A stretch of 64,000 nt of DNA. Origin: an uncultured Acidobacteriota bacterium (GTDB lineage Bacteria; Acidobacteriota; Thermoanaerobaculia; Multivoradales; SZUA-115). The stretch covers positions 416,001-480,000 of the forward strand of contig CAWDVR010000001.1 of NCBI GenBank assembly GCA_963805975.1, given 5' to 3'. Under the pieces are notes generated by a model. The model saw only the letters and a list, made by a program, of their open reading frames with translations. It did no database searches and was not told the origin of the DNA. This document shows positions 1 through 9,809 of the stretch, in pieces. How positions within the stretch are numbered: the stretch's first letter is position 1; every line of letters begins with the position of its first letter. A program made the translations under genes and the position numbers.

Positions 1-535
1 GCACGCGGAAGCCGGCCAGCAGGCGGCCGAGATCGCGGGCGTTCCAGCGCGGGCAGGGCAACGAGCCCGGCGCGATCTCGGTGTAGGCCAGGGTCTCGGC
101 GTCCGCTATCTTGAAACGTACCGGCCGGGCCGGGATCTCCTTCTGGTAGCAGACCATGGCGAACAGCCAGGCACCGGGCCGGCAGTCGGCCGCCAGCCGC
201 GCCGCCAGCGCCTGGGCCGTGGCCTTGTCGAGATAGTCGAAGAGGTCCCAGGCGAGGACGGCGTCGAAGCGTGGCAGGCCCGGAGAGAGGACCGGCGGCG
301 AGGCCGAGAAGAGATCCTCGATCTCGAGGCGCACCCGCCGGGAGGAGAGGAACGCGATGTTCTCCGGCACCGCGGGGCCCAGGTCGAGCATCTCGAGCTT
401 GCGATCGGCCGGTAGCGCCTGGAGCAGCGCCTTCCAGCCCGGCGAGCGGTGCAGCTCGACCGGCGGCGCGGCAGGCTCGGCCGCGCTCGCCACCGCCCCG
501 TCGGCATCCGACCGCCAGCGGAAGGGCCACCTCAA
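1..535 (-). CDS. Class I SAM-dependent methyltransferase-like protein (3' end runs off window)
   Basis: Not in ORF track. Reading the minus strand from TTG at 535 (TTGA overlap with the bactofilin stop) gives MRWPFRW...EMLDLGPAVPENIAFL...FDAVLAWDLFDYL...PGAWLFAM, i.e. motif I and post-II like segments; frame stays open to base 1. Confidence 0.7.
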   Translation of the reverse strand, partial: MRWPFRWRSDADGAVASAAEPAAPPVELHRSPGWKALLQALPADRKLEMLDLGPAVPENIAFLSSRRVRLEIEDLFSASPPVLSPGLPRFDAVLAWDLFDYLDKATAQALAARLAADCRPGAWLFAMVCYQKEIPARPVRFKIADAETLAYTEIAPGSLPCPRWNARDLGRLLAGFRV

Positions 536-1122
536 GCGCGGGCGCCCGCGGTCTTGGCCTCGGCCTCTCGCGCTCGCGGCTCGGGGGAGCCGCCACCGGA
601 GCCGGTCGGCAGCGCGGCCTGTACGCCCGCGGCGGCTCCGCTGGCCGTAGCCGTGCCACCGGCCTTGGGCGCTGCGACCGGCTTCGGCTCGGCCGCGATC
701 GGCCTGGGCTCCATGTCGATGGTGCCCTTGAACTTGGCGCCGTCCTCGAGCGACACGCGCGGCGCCGTGAGGTTGCCGCGCACGGTGCCGGAGGCCCGCA
801 CCAGCACCTGCTCCTCGGCGAACACGTTGCCCTCCACCTGGCCGGCGATGTCGGCCACCCGGCCGTGCACGTCCGCCTTGACCCGGCCGTCGGCGCCTAC
901 CCGCACCATGTTCCGGGGCAGCTCTATCTTTCCTTCCACGTAGCCCTCGACCACCAGATCCTCCTCGCCGGTCACGTGGCCGTTGATCCTCAAACCTGGG
1001 CCGAGGGTCGAGCTCTCGGTGCGCGCGGCCGGGGCGCGGGTGGGCGCCGGTGCGGGAGCGGAAGGCTGGGGGTGGAAGGAGGGCTGGGGAGCCGGGGGCT
1101 CGTTCTCAGGGCGTTTCCACAT
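532..1122 (-). CDS. Bactofilin (polymer-forming cytoskeletal protein)
   Basis: STLGPGLRINGHVTGEEDLVVEGYVEGKI...V.GN....V.LEDGAKFKGTIDM beta-helix signature; GGAGG RBS-like sequence upstream. Confidence 0.92.
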   Translation of the reverse strand: MWKRPENEPPAPQPSFHPQPSAPAPAPTRAPAARTESSTLGPGLRINGHVTGEEDLVVEGYVEGKIELPRNMVRVGADGRVKADVHGRVADIAGQVEGNVFAEEQVLVRASGTVRGNLTAPRVSLEDGAKFKGTIDMEPRPIAAEPKPVAAPKAGGTATASGAAAGVQAALPTGSGGGSPEPRAREAEAKTAGARA

Positions 1123-1221
1123 GGAGGTTCCTCGCTCGGAAGATGTCGATGCACGGCAAGCTATGTTTTCCGGGCGGTCGAGTCAAGGCTGACACAGCCT
1201 GAATCTCTAGGAGGAGACTCT

Positions 1222-1311
1222 TGTTCGAGGTCGCAGAGCCTTGGGACAGGTGCGCAGCGTTACCCGAAGGGGGCGTCGAGCACCTGTCCCAAGGCTCTGC
1301 GACCTCGAACA
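1222..1311. repeat. Perfect 32-bp inverted repeat (REP/MITE-like palindrome)
   Basis: tgttcgaggtcgcagagccttgggacaggtgc (1222-1253) is the exact reverse complement of 1280-1311; 26-nt spacer; lies between divergent genes. Confidence 0.9.
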
Positions 1312-1357
1312 GCTAAAACGGGAGCTTGACCTGGCTGGACATTGTAAGCAACAATCT

Positions 1358-1373
1358 ATCCGGTTGAACGGAT
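1358..1373 (+). promoter_or_regulatory. Candidate SahR operator (ATCCG-N6-CGGAT) just upstream of the ArsR-MTase start
   Basis: Palindrome atccg gttgaa cggat ends 2 nt before ATG 1376; TTGACC at 1326-1331 could be a -35. The shape resembles ATC-N10-GAT type SahR sites (from memory). Confidence 0.55.
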
Positions 1374-1375
1374 CA

Positions 1376-2350
1376 ATGGACGAGCGCCTGCCCATCTTCG
1401 ATCGTTTCTCGGCCCTGGCCGACCCGACCCGGACGCGGCTGCTGCTGGCGCTCGAGCGGCGCGAGCTGGCGGTCGCCGAGCTCACCACCGTGCTCCAGCT
1501 TCCGCAGTCCACGGTCAGCCGGCACCTCAAGGTGCTGGCCGACGGCGGCTGGCTCGGCTCGCGCCGGGAAGGCACCAGCCGCCTCTATTCACTGGCGCCG
1601 GACCGCTTGGGCGCGCCCGCCGTCCGGCTCTGGCAACTGGTGCGGGAGGAGATGGCGGCGACCCCGACCGCCGCCGCCGACGGAGAGCGCCTGCGCCGCG
1701 TGCTGGCGGACCGCCGCGCCCGTTCGCAGGAGTTCTTCGCTTCCGCCGCCGGCCGCTGGGACCGCCTGCGGCGTGACCTCTTCGGCCTGCACGCGGAGGC
1801 GCCGGTGCTCCTCGGGCTGCTCGACGAGCGCTGGACGGTGGGGGACCTCGGCTGCGGCACCGGCCGTGCCGCCGAGGCCCTGGCGCCCTACGTGAACCGC
1901 GTGGTGGCGGTGGACCCCTCGGAGGCCATGCTCGACGAGGCGGGGCGCCGATTGTCGGCCCTCGTCAACGTCGATCTCCGCCGCGGTGAGCTCGAGTCCC
2001 TGCCGCTCGCGGACGGCGAGCTCGACGCCGCGCTCCTGGTGCTGGTCCTGCACCACGTGGCCGATCCCGCCGAGGCCCTCGCCCAGGTGGCGCGCGTCCT
2101 GGCGCCGGGCGGGAGGCTGCTGATCGTGGATCTCGCGCCCCACGAGCGCCTCGAGTTCCGCGACCAGATGGGCCACCTCTGGCTGGGCTTCTCCGAGGCC
2201 CAGCTCGGCGGCTGGCTCGCGGCCGCGGGCTTCGCCACCTGGAACCTCGCGCCGCTCGCCCTCGACCGCGAGGCGCCGGCCGGCGAGCGCCGGCCCGCCC
2301 TCTTCGCCCTCTCCGCACGCCGTGCTTTTCGATCCACCAATCCCAACTGA
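1376..2350 (+). CDS. sahR: ArsR-family HTH + class I methyltransferase fusion (SahR-like methionine/SAM cycle regulator)
   Basis: N-term FSALADPTRTRLL...QSTVSRHLKVL (ArsR); C-term VGDLGCGTG and LVLHHVADP; immediately upstream of ahcY. Start placed at ATG 1376 rather than 1241. Confidence 0.85.
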   Translation: MDERLPIFDRFSALADPTRTRLLLALERRELAVAELTTVLQLPQSTVSRHLKVLADGGWLGSRREGTSRLYSLAPDRLGAPAVRLWQLVREEMAATPTAAADGERLRRVLADRRARSQEFFASAAGRWDRLRRDLFGLHAEAPVLLGLLDERWTVGDLGCGTGRAAEALAPYVNRVVAVDPSEAMLDEAGRRLSALVNVDLRRGELESLPLADGELDAALLVLVLHHVADPAEALAQVARVLAPGGRLLIVDLAPHERLEFRDQMGHLWLGFSEAQLGGWLAAAGFATWNLAPLALDREAPAGERRPALFALSARRAFRSTNPN

Positions 2351-2374
2351 TCTCTCCTCTCGACCCAAGGAGCC

Positions 2375-3877
<1,503 letters not shown>

Positions 3878-3891
3878 GCTGGGAGGGGACG

Positions 3892-4350
3892 ATGAAGAAC
3901 TACCGCTGGCTTTCCTGTGCTTTCGCTTTGGCCCTCGCCCTGGCCACCCTGCCGGTTTCCGCCGGCGAAGTGTCGAAGGACGTTAACTTCGAGCTCGACC
4001 AGTGGGTCGAGCTCGACTCCACCGACGGCCCGGTGACGCTGCACCGCATCCGCCTCACCAAGCAGAGCGGGATCACCAAGTCGAAGTTCCTGCGGCCGGG
4101 CAACAGCGAGTACCTGCAGGACGTGCAGATCCAGCTCGAGTTCTCGAACGAGACCTCGAAGGACTGGGAGGCGCACCTCGAGGTCGAGTGGCTCGACGGC
4201 GCGGGCCAGGTGATCGACGGCTACAAGGACAGCGAGACCCTGGGCGACGGCTCGCGGCACGACGAGCAGACGGTGACGCTCTCGACGCTCAAGTACGGCT
4301 TGGAGAAGGCGAAAAAGCTGAAGATCGCGATCCGGTTCGAGCCGGACTGA
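3892..4350 (+). CDS. Secreted protein, Ig-like/FxLYD/YcfL-like
   Basis: GGAGG RBS then MKNYRWLSCAFALALALATLPVSA signal peptide; VEWLDGAGQVID strand motif. Confidence 0.65.
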   Translation: MKNYRWLSCAFALALALATLPVSAGEVSKDVNFELDQWVELDSTDGPVTLHRIRLTKQSGITKSKFLRPGNSEYLQDVQIQLEFSNETSKDWEAHLEVEWLDGAGQVIDGYKDSETLGDGSRHDEQTVTLSTLKYGLEKAKKLKIAIRFEPD

Positions 4351-4414
4351 GGCGATCGTGTAGCGGCTCGCAGCGGCTGGCCCGGGCGCCGGCCGCTGCG
4401 GGTAAACTAGGGCC

Positions 4415-5383
4415 GTGAGCCGCGAGGGAGCAGCGCCCGAGACTGTGGCAGTCCCTTCGTCCGGCTTGTCCGCCACCCATCTCGACGACCTCCTCGCCAA
4501 GACCAGCCGCACCTTTGCGCTCTCGATCCCCCTCCTCCCCGAGCCCACGCGGCGCGAGGTGGGGATCGCCTATCTGCTGTTCCGCATCGCGGACACGCTG
4601 GAGGATGCGGAGAGCTGGCCGCCTGCCCGTCAGGTGGCGGCGCTCGAGACCTTCGCCGAGCTGCTCGAGAGCGCTGACCCGGACGCGCCGGCGAGGCCCA
4701 CGGCCGAGGATCTCGCGGCCGAGTGGCTGGTCGAGCCGCCGGTGGACCACGCCGGCTACCTCGAGCTGCTGGCCGCCACCCCAGCCGTGGTCGCGGCCTG
4801 CCAGGAGCTGGAGCCGGCGGCGCGCCGCCTGATCGCCCACCACACCCGCCGCACGGCCCTCGGCATGGCCCGCTTCGTGGCCCGCCGCGGCGAGGGCGGG
4901 CCGCTGGTGATCCGCGACCTCTCCGACCTCTCCGAATACTGCTACGTGGTGGCCGGCATCGTCGGCGAAATGTTGACCGAGCTGTTCCTCACCGGCCGCG
5001 AGGGCCTGCAGCCCGCCGCCGCCGACCTGCGGCGCAAGGCGGCGCGGTTCGGCGAGGCCTTGCAGCTCGTCAACATCCTCAAGGACTCGGCCGGCGACGC
5101 CGACCACGGCCGCCGCTTCCTGCCGGCCGGGGTGGGCCGCGAGGAGGTCTTCGCCCTGGCGCGGCGCGACCTCGAGGCTGCCATCTCCTACGTGCGCAGG
5201 CTCCAGGAGGCGGGCGCGCCGCGCGGCATCGTGGCCTTCACCGCGCTGCCGGTGCGCATGGCGAGCCTGGCGCTCGACCGCGTGGAGCAGCACGGCCCCG
5301 GCGCCAAGCTCACCCGGCCCGAGGTCTTCCAGGTGCTCGCCAGCCTGAACCACGCGCTCGACACCGGCGCGCCCGCGGCGTAG
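4415..5383 (+). CDS. Squalene/phytoene synthase family protein
   Basis: KTSRTFALSI, YLLFRIADTLED, YCYVVAGIVGEMLTELF, GEALQLVNILKD...D.GRRFLP: isoprenoid synthase class I head-to-head motifs. Confidence 0.9.
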   Translation: MSREGAAPETVAVPSSGLSATHLDDLLAKTSRTFALSIPLLPEPTRREVGIAYLLFRIADTLEDAESWPPARQVAALETFAELLESADPDAPARPTAEDLAAEWLVEPPVDHAGYLELLAATPAVVAACQELEPAARRLIAHHTRRTALGMARFVARRGEGGPLVIRDLSDLSEYCYVVAGIVGEMLTELFLTGREGLQPAAADLRRKAARFGEALQLVNILKDSAGDADHGRRFLPAGVGREEVFALARRDLEAAISYVRRLQEAGAPRGIVAFTALPVRMASLALDRVEQHGPGAKLTRPEVFQVLASLNHALDTGAPAA

Positions 5384-5387
5384 GCCC

Positions 5388-5984
5388 GTGCAGCCCACCT
5401 TCTTCCGCTCCGCCGCCGAGTTTCACGCCTGGCTCGGGGCGAACCACGCGACGGCCAAGGAGCTGCTGCTCGGTATTTTCAAGACCAGCTCCGGGAAAGC
5501 GGGGATCACCTACAAGGAGGCGCTCGACGAGGCCCTCTGCTTCGGCTGGATCGACGGTGTGCGGACCGGCCTCGACGAGGAGAGGTACTCGATCCGCTTC
5601 TCGCCCCGCAAGCCGAGGAGCATCTGGAGCCGGATCAACATCCGGCGCGCCACCGAGCTGGAGGCGGAGGGGCGGCTCCAGCCGCCCGGTCTCGAGGCCT
5701 TCCGCGCCCGCGACGAGAAGCGCACCCAGCTCTACTCCTTCGAGAACGCGCCGCGCGAGCTCGATCCCGTCTACGAGAAAAAGCTCCGGGCCAACAAGGC
5801 GGCGTGGGCCTTCTACCAGGCCCAGGCGCCTTTCTACCAGCGCGGCACCAAGTGGTGGGTGATGAGCGCCAAGAAGGAAGAGACCCGCCTGCGCCGCCTC
5901 GCTCAGTTGATCGAAGCCTGCGAGAAGGGCGAGCGGCTGGGTCAGTTCACGCTGGAGAAGAAGGGCGACGAGAGCCGGTCGTGA
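5388..5984 (+). CDS. YdeI/OmpD-associated (bacteriocin-protection) family protein
   Basis: EALDEALCFGWIDG, RFSPRKPRSIWSRIN, WVMSAKKEETRLRRL. Confidence 0.9.
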   Translation: MQPTFFRSAAEFHAWLGANHATAKELLLGIFKTSSGKAGITYKEALDEALCFGWIDGVRTGLDEERYSIRFSPRKPRSIWSRINIRRATELEAEGRLQPPGLEAFRARDEKRTQLYSFENAPRELDPVYEKKLRANKAAWAFYQAQAPFYQRGTKWWVMSAKKEETRLRRLAQLIEACEKGERLGQFTLEKKGDESRS

Positions 5985-5994
5985 GCGAGGGCGC

Positions 5995-7968
5995 TCACGA
6001 GCACGGGCAGGGTGGACCGGCGAGGGTCCACTCGACGTTGAAGTTGCCGCGCTGGAGCGCACGGACCTGGCGCGTGATGGTGTTGCCGCCGGCCCCGCTC
6101 GATTCGACCGTCTGCTCCAGCCCGCCCTCGATGTCGATGATCGCCGGCGTCAAGTTGCGCAGGCGCACGGGGACCCGCTCGTTGGTGCCCAGGATCGTGA
6201 GCCGCATGGGCACCGTCTCGCCGCGCAGCAGCCGGGTGCTGTCGATCTCGCCGCGAATCTCGATCAGGTGGGTGATCGCGCGGCAGGTGGGCGCGAAGCC
6301 GGCGTCGGCCGGGCCGGAGACGACGTAGCGCCCGGGCGCCGAGCTCTCCGGGAAGCGCAGCCACACCTCGGTCGCCGAGGTCGAGAGCGTCGAGCCCGAG
6401 GGCATCGCGCGTTCGTTCAAGAGGAGGCTCCAGGCGGCCCCGGGGCCCGGGAACGTGCCGCAGACGCAGAAGGCGTCCTTAGCCTGGACGAACGCAGTCG
6501 CGGTCTCGATGCAGGGCTGGAGCGGCGTCTCGGCCGGGGCGCGGGGCGGCAGGATCTCGACCGGGGCCCGCGGCACGTCGACCACCAGGTCGCCGAAGAG
6601 GTCGTGGAGCTGGAGGGCGAGGCCCGTCGCGCTCGACAGCTCCTCAGGGACATCCACTGCGTACACCTTGCCCGACAGACCGCCGGAGCTGGGGGGCGGG
6701 GTGGTCATGCCCTTGATGTTCGAGCGCGTCTTGTTGACGACCGCTCGCGCGATCTCGAGGTCCGACGGCTCGCGGTTGGTGAAGACGCAGCCATCGGGAG
6801 TGGTCTCGCCGCGGGTCGCGACGTACGTCGAGGTGCTCGCCCTGTTCGACCGGGACTCGTAGAAGCTCTTGAGGGCCATCTCCTGGGTCGAGGTGTTCGA
6901 GGGGGATTCTTGGACGAAGCGGTTCGCCGTGTTCGACCGGGACTCGTAGAAGCTCTTGCGCGCCACCTCGTCCCCCGAAAAGGAGACCTCGAACACCTCG
7001 ATGCCCTTCTCCTTGATCGAGATCCCCGCGCCCTCGTCCGCTGGCGCCACCGCGTAGAAAGCCTTGAGGTTGCGAATCGCGTTCATCGCCGGTTCGTGCC
7101 TGGCCTTCGAGGGCCCGGCCGGGGCGCCCAGCGGCTGGATGTCGAAGGGCTCGACACTTCCTCCCGGCGCCGGCCCGGGGACGCGCGCCACGTCGTAGCG
7201 CTGCTTTTCCGTCGGTCGCGGCTTGCCGTCGGGGCGCTCGTGCCGCGGCTTCATCACCATCATCGCGGCGAGCGGCGCCAGGCTCTCGCAGGTGGAGCCG
7301 TCGGTGGGCACGAGAGTGAGGCCCTCTTCCGGCAGCCGGGCGGTCATGCCCTTGATGTTGGAACGGGTCTTGTTCACGACCGCCATGGCGCTCGCCCACT
7401 CCGATTCCTCGAACTCGTCCACCACTTGGCCGGCGAGGCTCCAGGTGCCCGCGGGCACGGCGTCCGAGGCGGGCTTGAAGGAGAGTGTGTCGCCGGCGCG
7501 CACATCGTCGGGGAGATAGACGAGCCCCTGGAGCGAGCTCTTCACCTCGAAGGGCGGCACGGAGCGCGGCACGACTTTGTCCTGTCGGACGATCACTTTG
7601 CCGCCGCTCACGATCCGGTAGGAAACCTCCTTGGGCCGGGTCTTGGCCATCTGCAGGCGCAGGCGAGTCGGCGTCGCCTGCGCCGGGCCGGAGAGCCGCA
7701 CTTCCTTGCCGTCACGGGTCATGGACCACCCCTCCGGCAGGCTCACCGGCTCGAGGCCGGCGACGAAGTCCTTGGCCCCGGAGAGCACTACTTCGTCGAA
7801 AGCCGCGCCGTCCACCGTGACTGCGATGCTGGCGCCGGGATTTTGCTCGACCGTGACGTCGACGTCAGGGACCGGATCCCCCTCTACTGCGCCGCTCGCG
7901 GCCGGCAAGAGCAGGCCGAGACCGAGGATGCCGCGAACGACGACCGGGAACCATTGAGCCTGGCGCAT
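5995..7968 (-). CDS. Secreted hypothetical protein with internal duplicated short motifs
   Basis: Signal peptide; GGAGG RBS; AVVNKTRSNIKGMT twice, KSFYESRSN twice; Cys-containing C-terminal beta-rich region. Confidence 0.8.
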   Translation of the reverse strand: MRQAQWFPVVVRGILGLGLLLPAASGAVEGDPVPDVDVTVEQNPGASIAVTVDGAAFDEVVLSGAKDFVAGLEPVSLPEGWSMTRDGKEVRLSGPAQATPTRLRLQMAKTRPKEVSYRIVSGGKVIVRQDKVVPRSVPPFEVKSSLQGLVYLPDDVRAGDTLSFKPASDAVPAGTWSLAGQVVDEFEESEWASAMAVVNKTRSNIKGMTARLPEEGLTLVPTDGSTCESLAPLAAMMVMKPRHERPDGKPRPTEKQRYDVARVPGPAPGGSVEPFDIQPLGAPAGPSKARHEPAMNAIRNLKAFYAVAPADEGAGISIKEKGIEVFEVSFSGDEVARKSFYESRSNTANRFVQESPSNTSTQEMALKSFYESRSNRASTSTYVATRGETTPDGCVFTNREPSDLEIARAVVNKTRSNIKGMTTPPPSSGGLSGKVYAVDVPEELSSATGLALQLHDLFGDLVVDVPRAPVEILPPRAPAETPLQPCIETATAFVQAKDAFCVCGTFPGPGAAWSLLLNERAMPSGSTLSTSATEVWLRFPESSAPGRYVVSGPADAGFAPTCRAITHLIEIRGEIDSTRLLRGETVPMRLTILGTNERVPVRLRNLTPAIIDIEGGLEQTVESSGAGGNTITRQVRALQRGNFNVEWTLAGPPCPCS

Positions 7969-8158
7969 GTCGGCCTCCGAATCGTGGCGATGGTGCCGTC
8001 AGTAGAGCACCACGACGGCGACGAGTCTAGCGCCTGGCGAGGGCGCCGAGGTGTACTACGGGCACCCGGCTCTGCGCCTGGTACGGAAGGCCGGCCGGTC
8101 GGCAGGGAGATCGTCCGCGCTTCGACCGTAGCGGCCGGACCTGTGCCGGCCGCCTCTT

Positions 8159-9712
8159 CTACGGCACCACCACAGTCCACGCCGAGGTATCGCCGGTCTC
8201 GAAGCCGTCGGCGAAGAGGCCCGGTGGGTTGCAGGCGGCGTCCGGGGGCCAGATGAGTCGCAGGCGGCCGTTGCCAAAGGTGTTGTTCGGCACCTGGCTG
8301 CCGGGGACCCCACCGCAGGTCTGGGCCGAGGTACGGGGCACGGCGGTCGCCACGATGCAGCTCTCGACGGCGTCCGGGTCGCCGCGGAGCCCCGGCGACG
8401 CGGAGAGCAGCACGGCGACCGCGCCCGCCACGTGCGGCCCGGCCATGCTGGTGCCGGAGCTCGAGCCGAAGCTCCCGCCGGGCACGCTCGAGATGATGCC
8501 GGAGCCGGGCGCCGAGATGTCGGGTTTCATGCGGTTGCTGCCGTCGACCGTCACTGGGCCGCGGCTGGAGAAGCCGGAGATGTTGTCGCTCTGCTCGGTA
8601 GAGCCCACGGTCAGCGACGCGTCGTAGATCGCTGCCGGGGTGGTGACCGAGCTGCAGCCCGATCCCGAGTTGCCGGCCGAGACCACCACCACGATGCCGG
8701 CGGCGCGGATGCTCTCGACCACGCTCTGGAGCACGACCGGGTTGGTGCAGCCCTCGGAGGGCGGGCAGCCCCACGAGTTGTTGATCACGTGCGGCGCCTT
8801 GGCCGGGTCGGGAAGCGTGCCGGCCAGGTTTGTCGGGGCGAGGAAGAACTGGAAGCACTCGCTGTAGGTGGCCGGGGTGCCATCCCCCTGGTTCATGTTG
8901 CGGCAGCCGATCCAGCGCGCGCCGGGCGCGACCCCGATGCCGCCGCTGCCGATCATGGTGCCCAGGGTGTGGGTGCCGTGAGAGCTGTCGTCGCAGGGCA
9001 CCACGGAGTTGGCGCCGCAGCTTCCGCCGCCCGCGTGAATAGCGTCGTGCCAGTTGTAGTTGTGGTCGGCGATGGCGCCGTCCCAGCCGCGGTACTGCGC
9101 CTGGAGGGCCGGGTGGTCCCAGTCGTAGCCGGTGTCCTGGCCGGCGACCACGATCCCCTGGCCGTTGAAGCCCTGGTCCCAGAAGTCCGGCGCGTCGATC
9201 TTCTCCACTCCCCACTCCGCCTCCCCGGCCCCCGCCGCCGGCCCCTGCTGCGCTTTGAAAACGGGAACTGGCGAAGCCGCTCGCAGCGCCACCGTCGGGT
9301 TGGCCGCGATGCGGTCCACGTCGGCGCGGGAGGCGAGGGTGCGGACCAGGGCGCGGTCCCCCTTCACCCAGACCATGTTCACGATCCAGTACGGCCGGTG
9401 CTCGAGACCGCGGGCGCGGAGCTCTGCGAGGAGCGGCCCCTGGGTGAGGCGTGCCGCCTCGGTCAGCCGGTCGAACACGAAACGGCCTTTGGCCTCTTTG
9501 CCCGCGAGTTCCGCAGCACCGGCGAGGTCCGCCTGATGCGCCAGCACCACGAGAGCATCGGCCACATCGCCCGCGCGCGCGGTTCGCTCCAGCACCCAGG
9601 GATCGACCTTGCGTTGCCAGGCTTCGTCCGCGGCAACGAGCGCGGGCGTCGAGAGAGCGGTAAGGACAAGTACCTGAAGCGGCAGTGCCAGCTTCGAAAG
9701 GCGTGAGCGCAT
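8159..9712 (-). CDS. S8 family subtilase (bacillopeptidase F-like), secreted
   Basis: Signal peptide; DTG (Asp), HGTHT (His), SAGNSG, GTSMAGPHVAG (Ser); C-terminal LFADGFETGDTSAW tag. Confidence 0.93.
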   Translation of the reverse strand: MRSRLSKLALPLQVLVLTALSTPALVAADEAWQRKVDPWVLERTARAGDVADALVVLAHQADLAGAAELAGKEAKGRFVFDRLTEAARLTQGPLLAELRARGLEHRPYWIVNMVWVKGDRALVRTLASRADVDRIAANPTVALRAASPVPVFKAQQGPAAGAGEAEWGVEKIDAPDFWDQGFNGQGIVVAGQDTGYDWDHPALQAQYRGWDGAIADHNYNWHDAIHAGGGSCGANSVVPCDDSSHGTHTLGTMIGSGGIGVAPGARWIGCRNMNQGDGTPATYSECFQFFLAPTNLAGTLPDPAKAPHVINNSWGCPPSEGCTNPVVLQSVVESIRAAGIVVVVSAGNSGSGCSSVTTPAAIYDASLTVGSTEQSDNISGFSSRGPVTVDGSNRMKPDISAPGSGIISSVPGGSFGSSSGTSMAGPHVAGAVAVLLSASPGLRGDPDAVESCIVATAVPRTSAQTCGGVPGSQVPNNTFGNGRLRLIWPPDAACNPPGLFADGFETGDTSAWTVVVP

Positions 9713-9760
9713 GAGACCTCCGAAGAGGGATGAGGAGAGACCGTCGGCCGGGATTCTCCC

Positions 9761-9775
9761 ACAAGCTCCGTGCCA
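9761..9775 (-). promoter_or_regulatory. Possible sigma-54 promoter upstream of the S8 gene
   Basis: Minus strand reads TGGCACG-GAGC-TTGT, versus consensus TGGCACG-N4-TTGC (one mismatch at the -12 C), ~50 nt before ATG 9712. Confidence 0.35.
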
Positions 9776-9779
9776 GCCC

Positions 9780-9809
9780 TCCTGAGCGCAGCGAAGGATC
9801 TGGGCGGAG
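9780..9809. repeat. REP-like half element (tcctgagcgcagcgaaggatct family)
   Basis: tcctgagcgcagcgaaggatctgggcggag is also present at ~31858-31887. Confidence 0.75.

Noticed and set aside
1130-2374. SAH or SAM riboswitch upstream of sahR/ahcY
   Set aside because: No recognisable conserved core by eye; the long hairpin is a perfect inverted repeat, and a protein regulator is present. An Infernal/Rfam scan would settle it.
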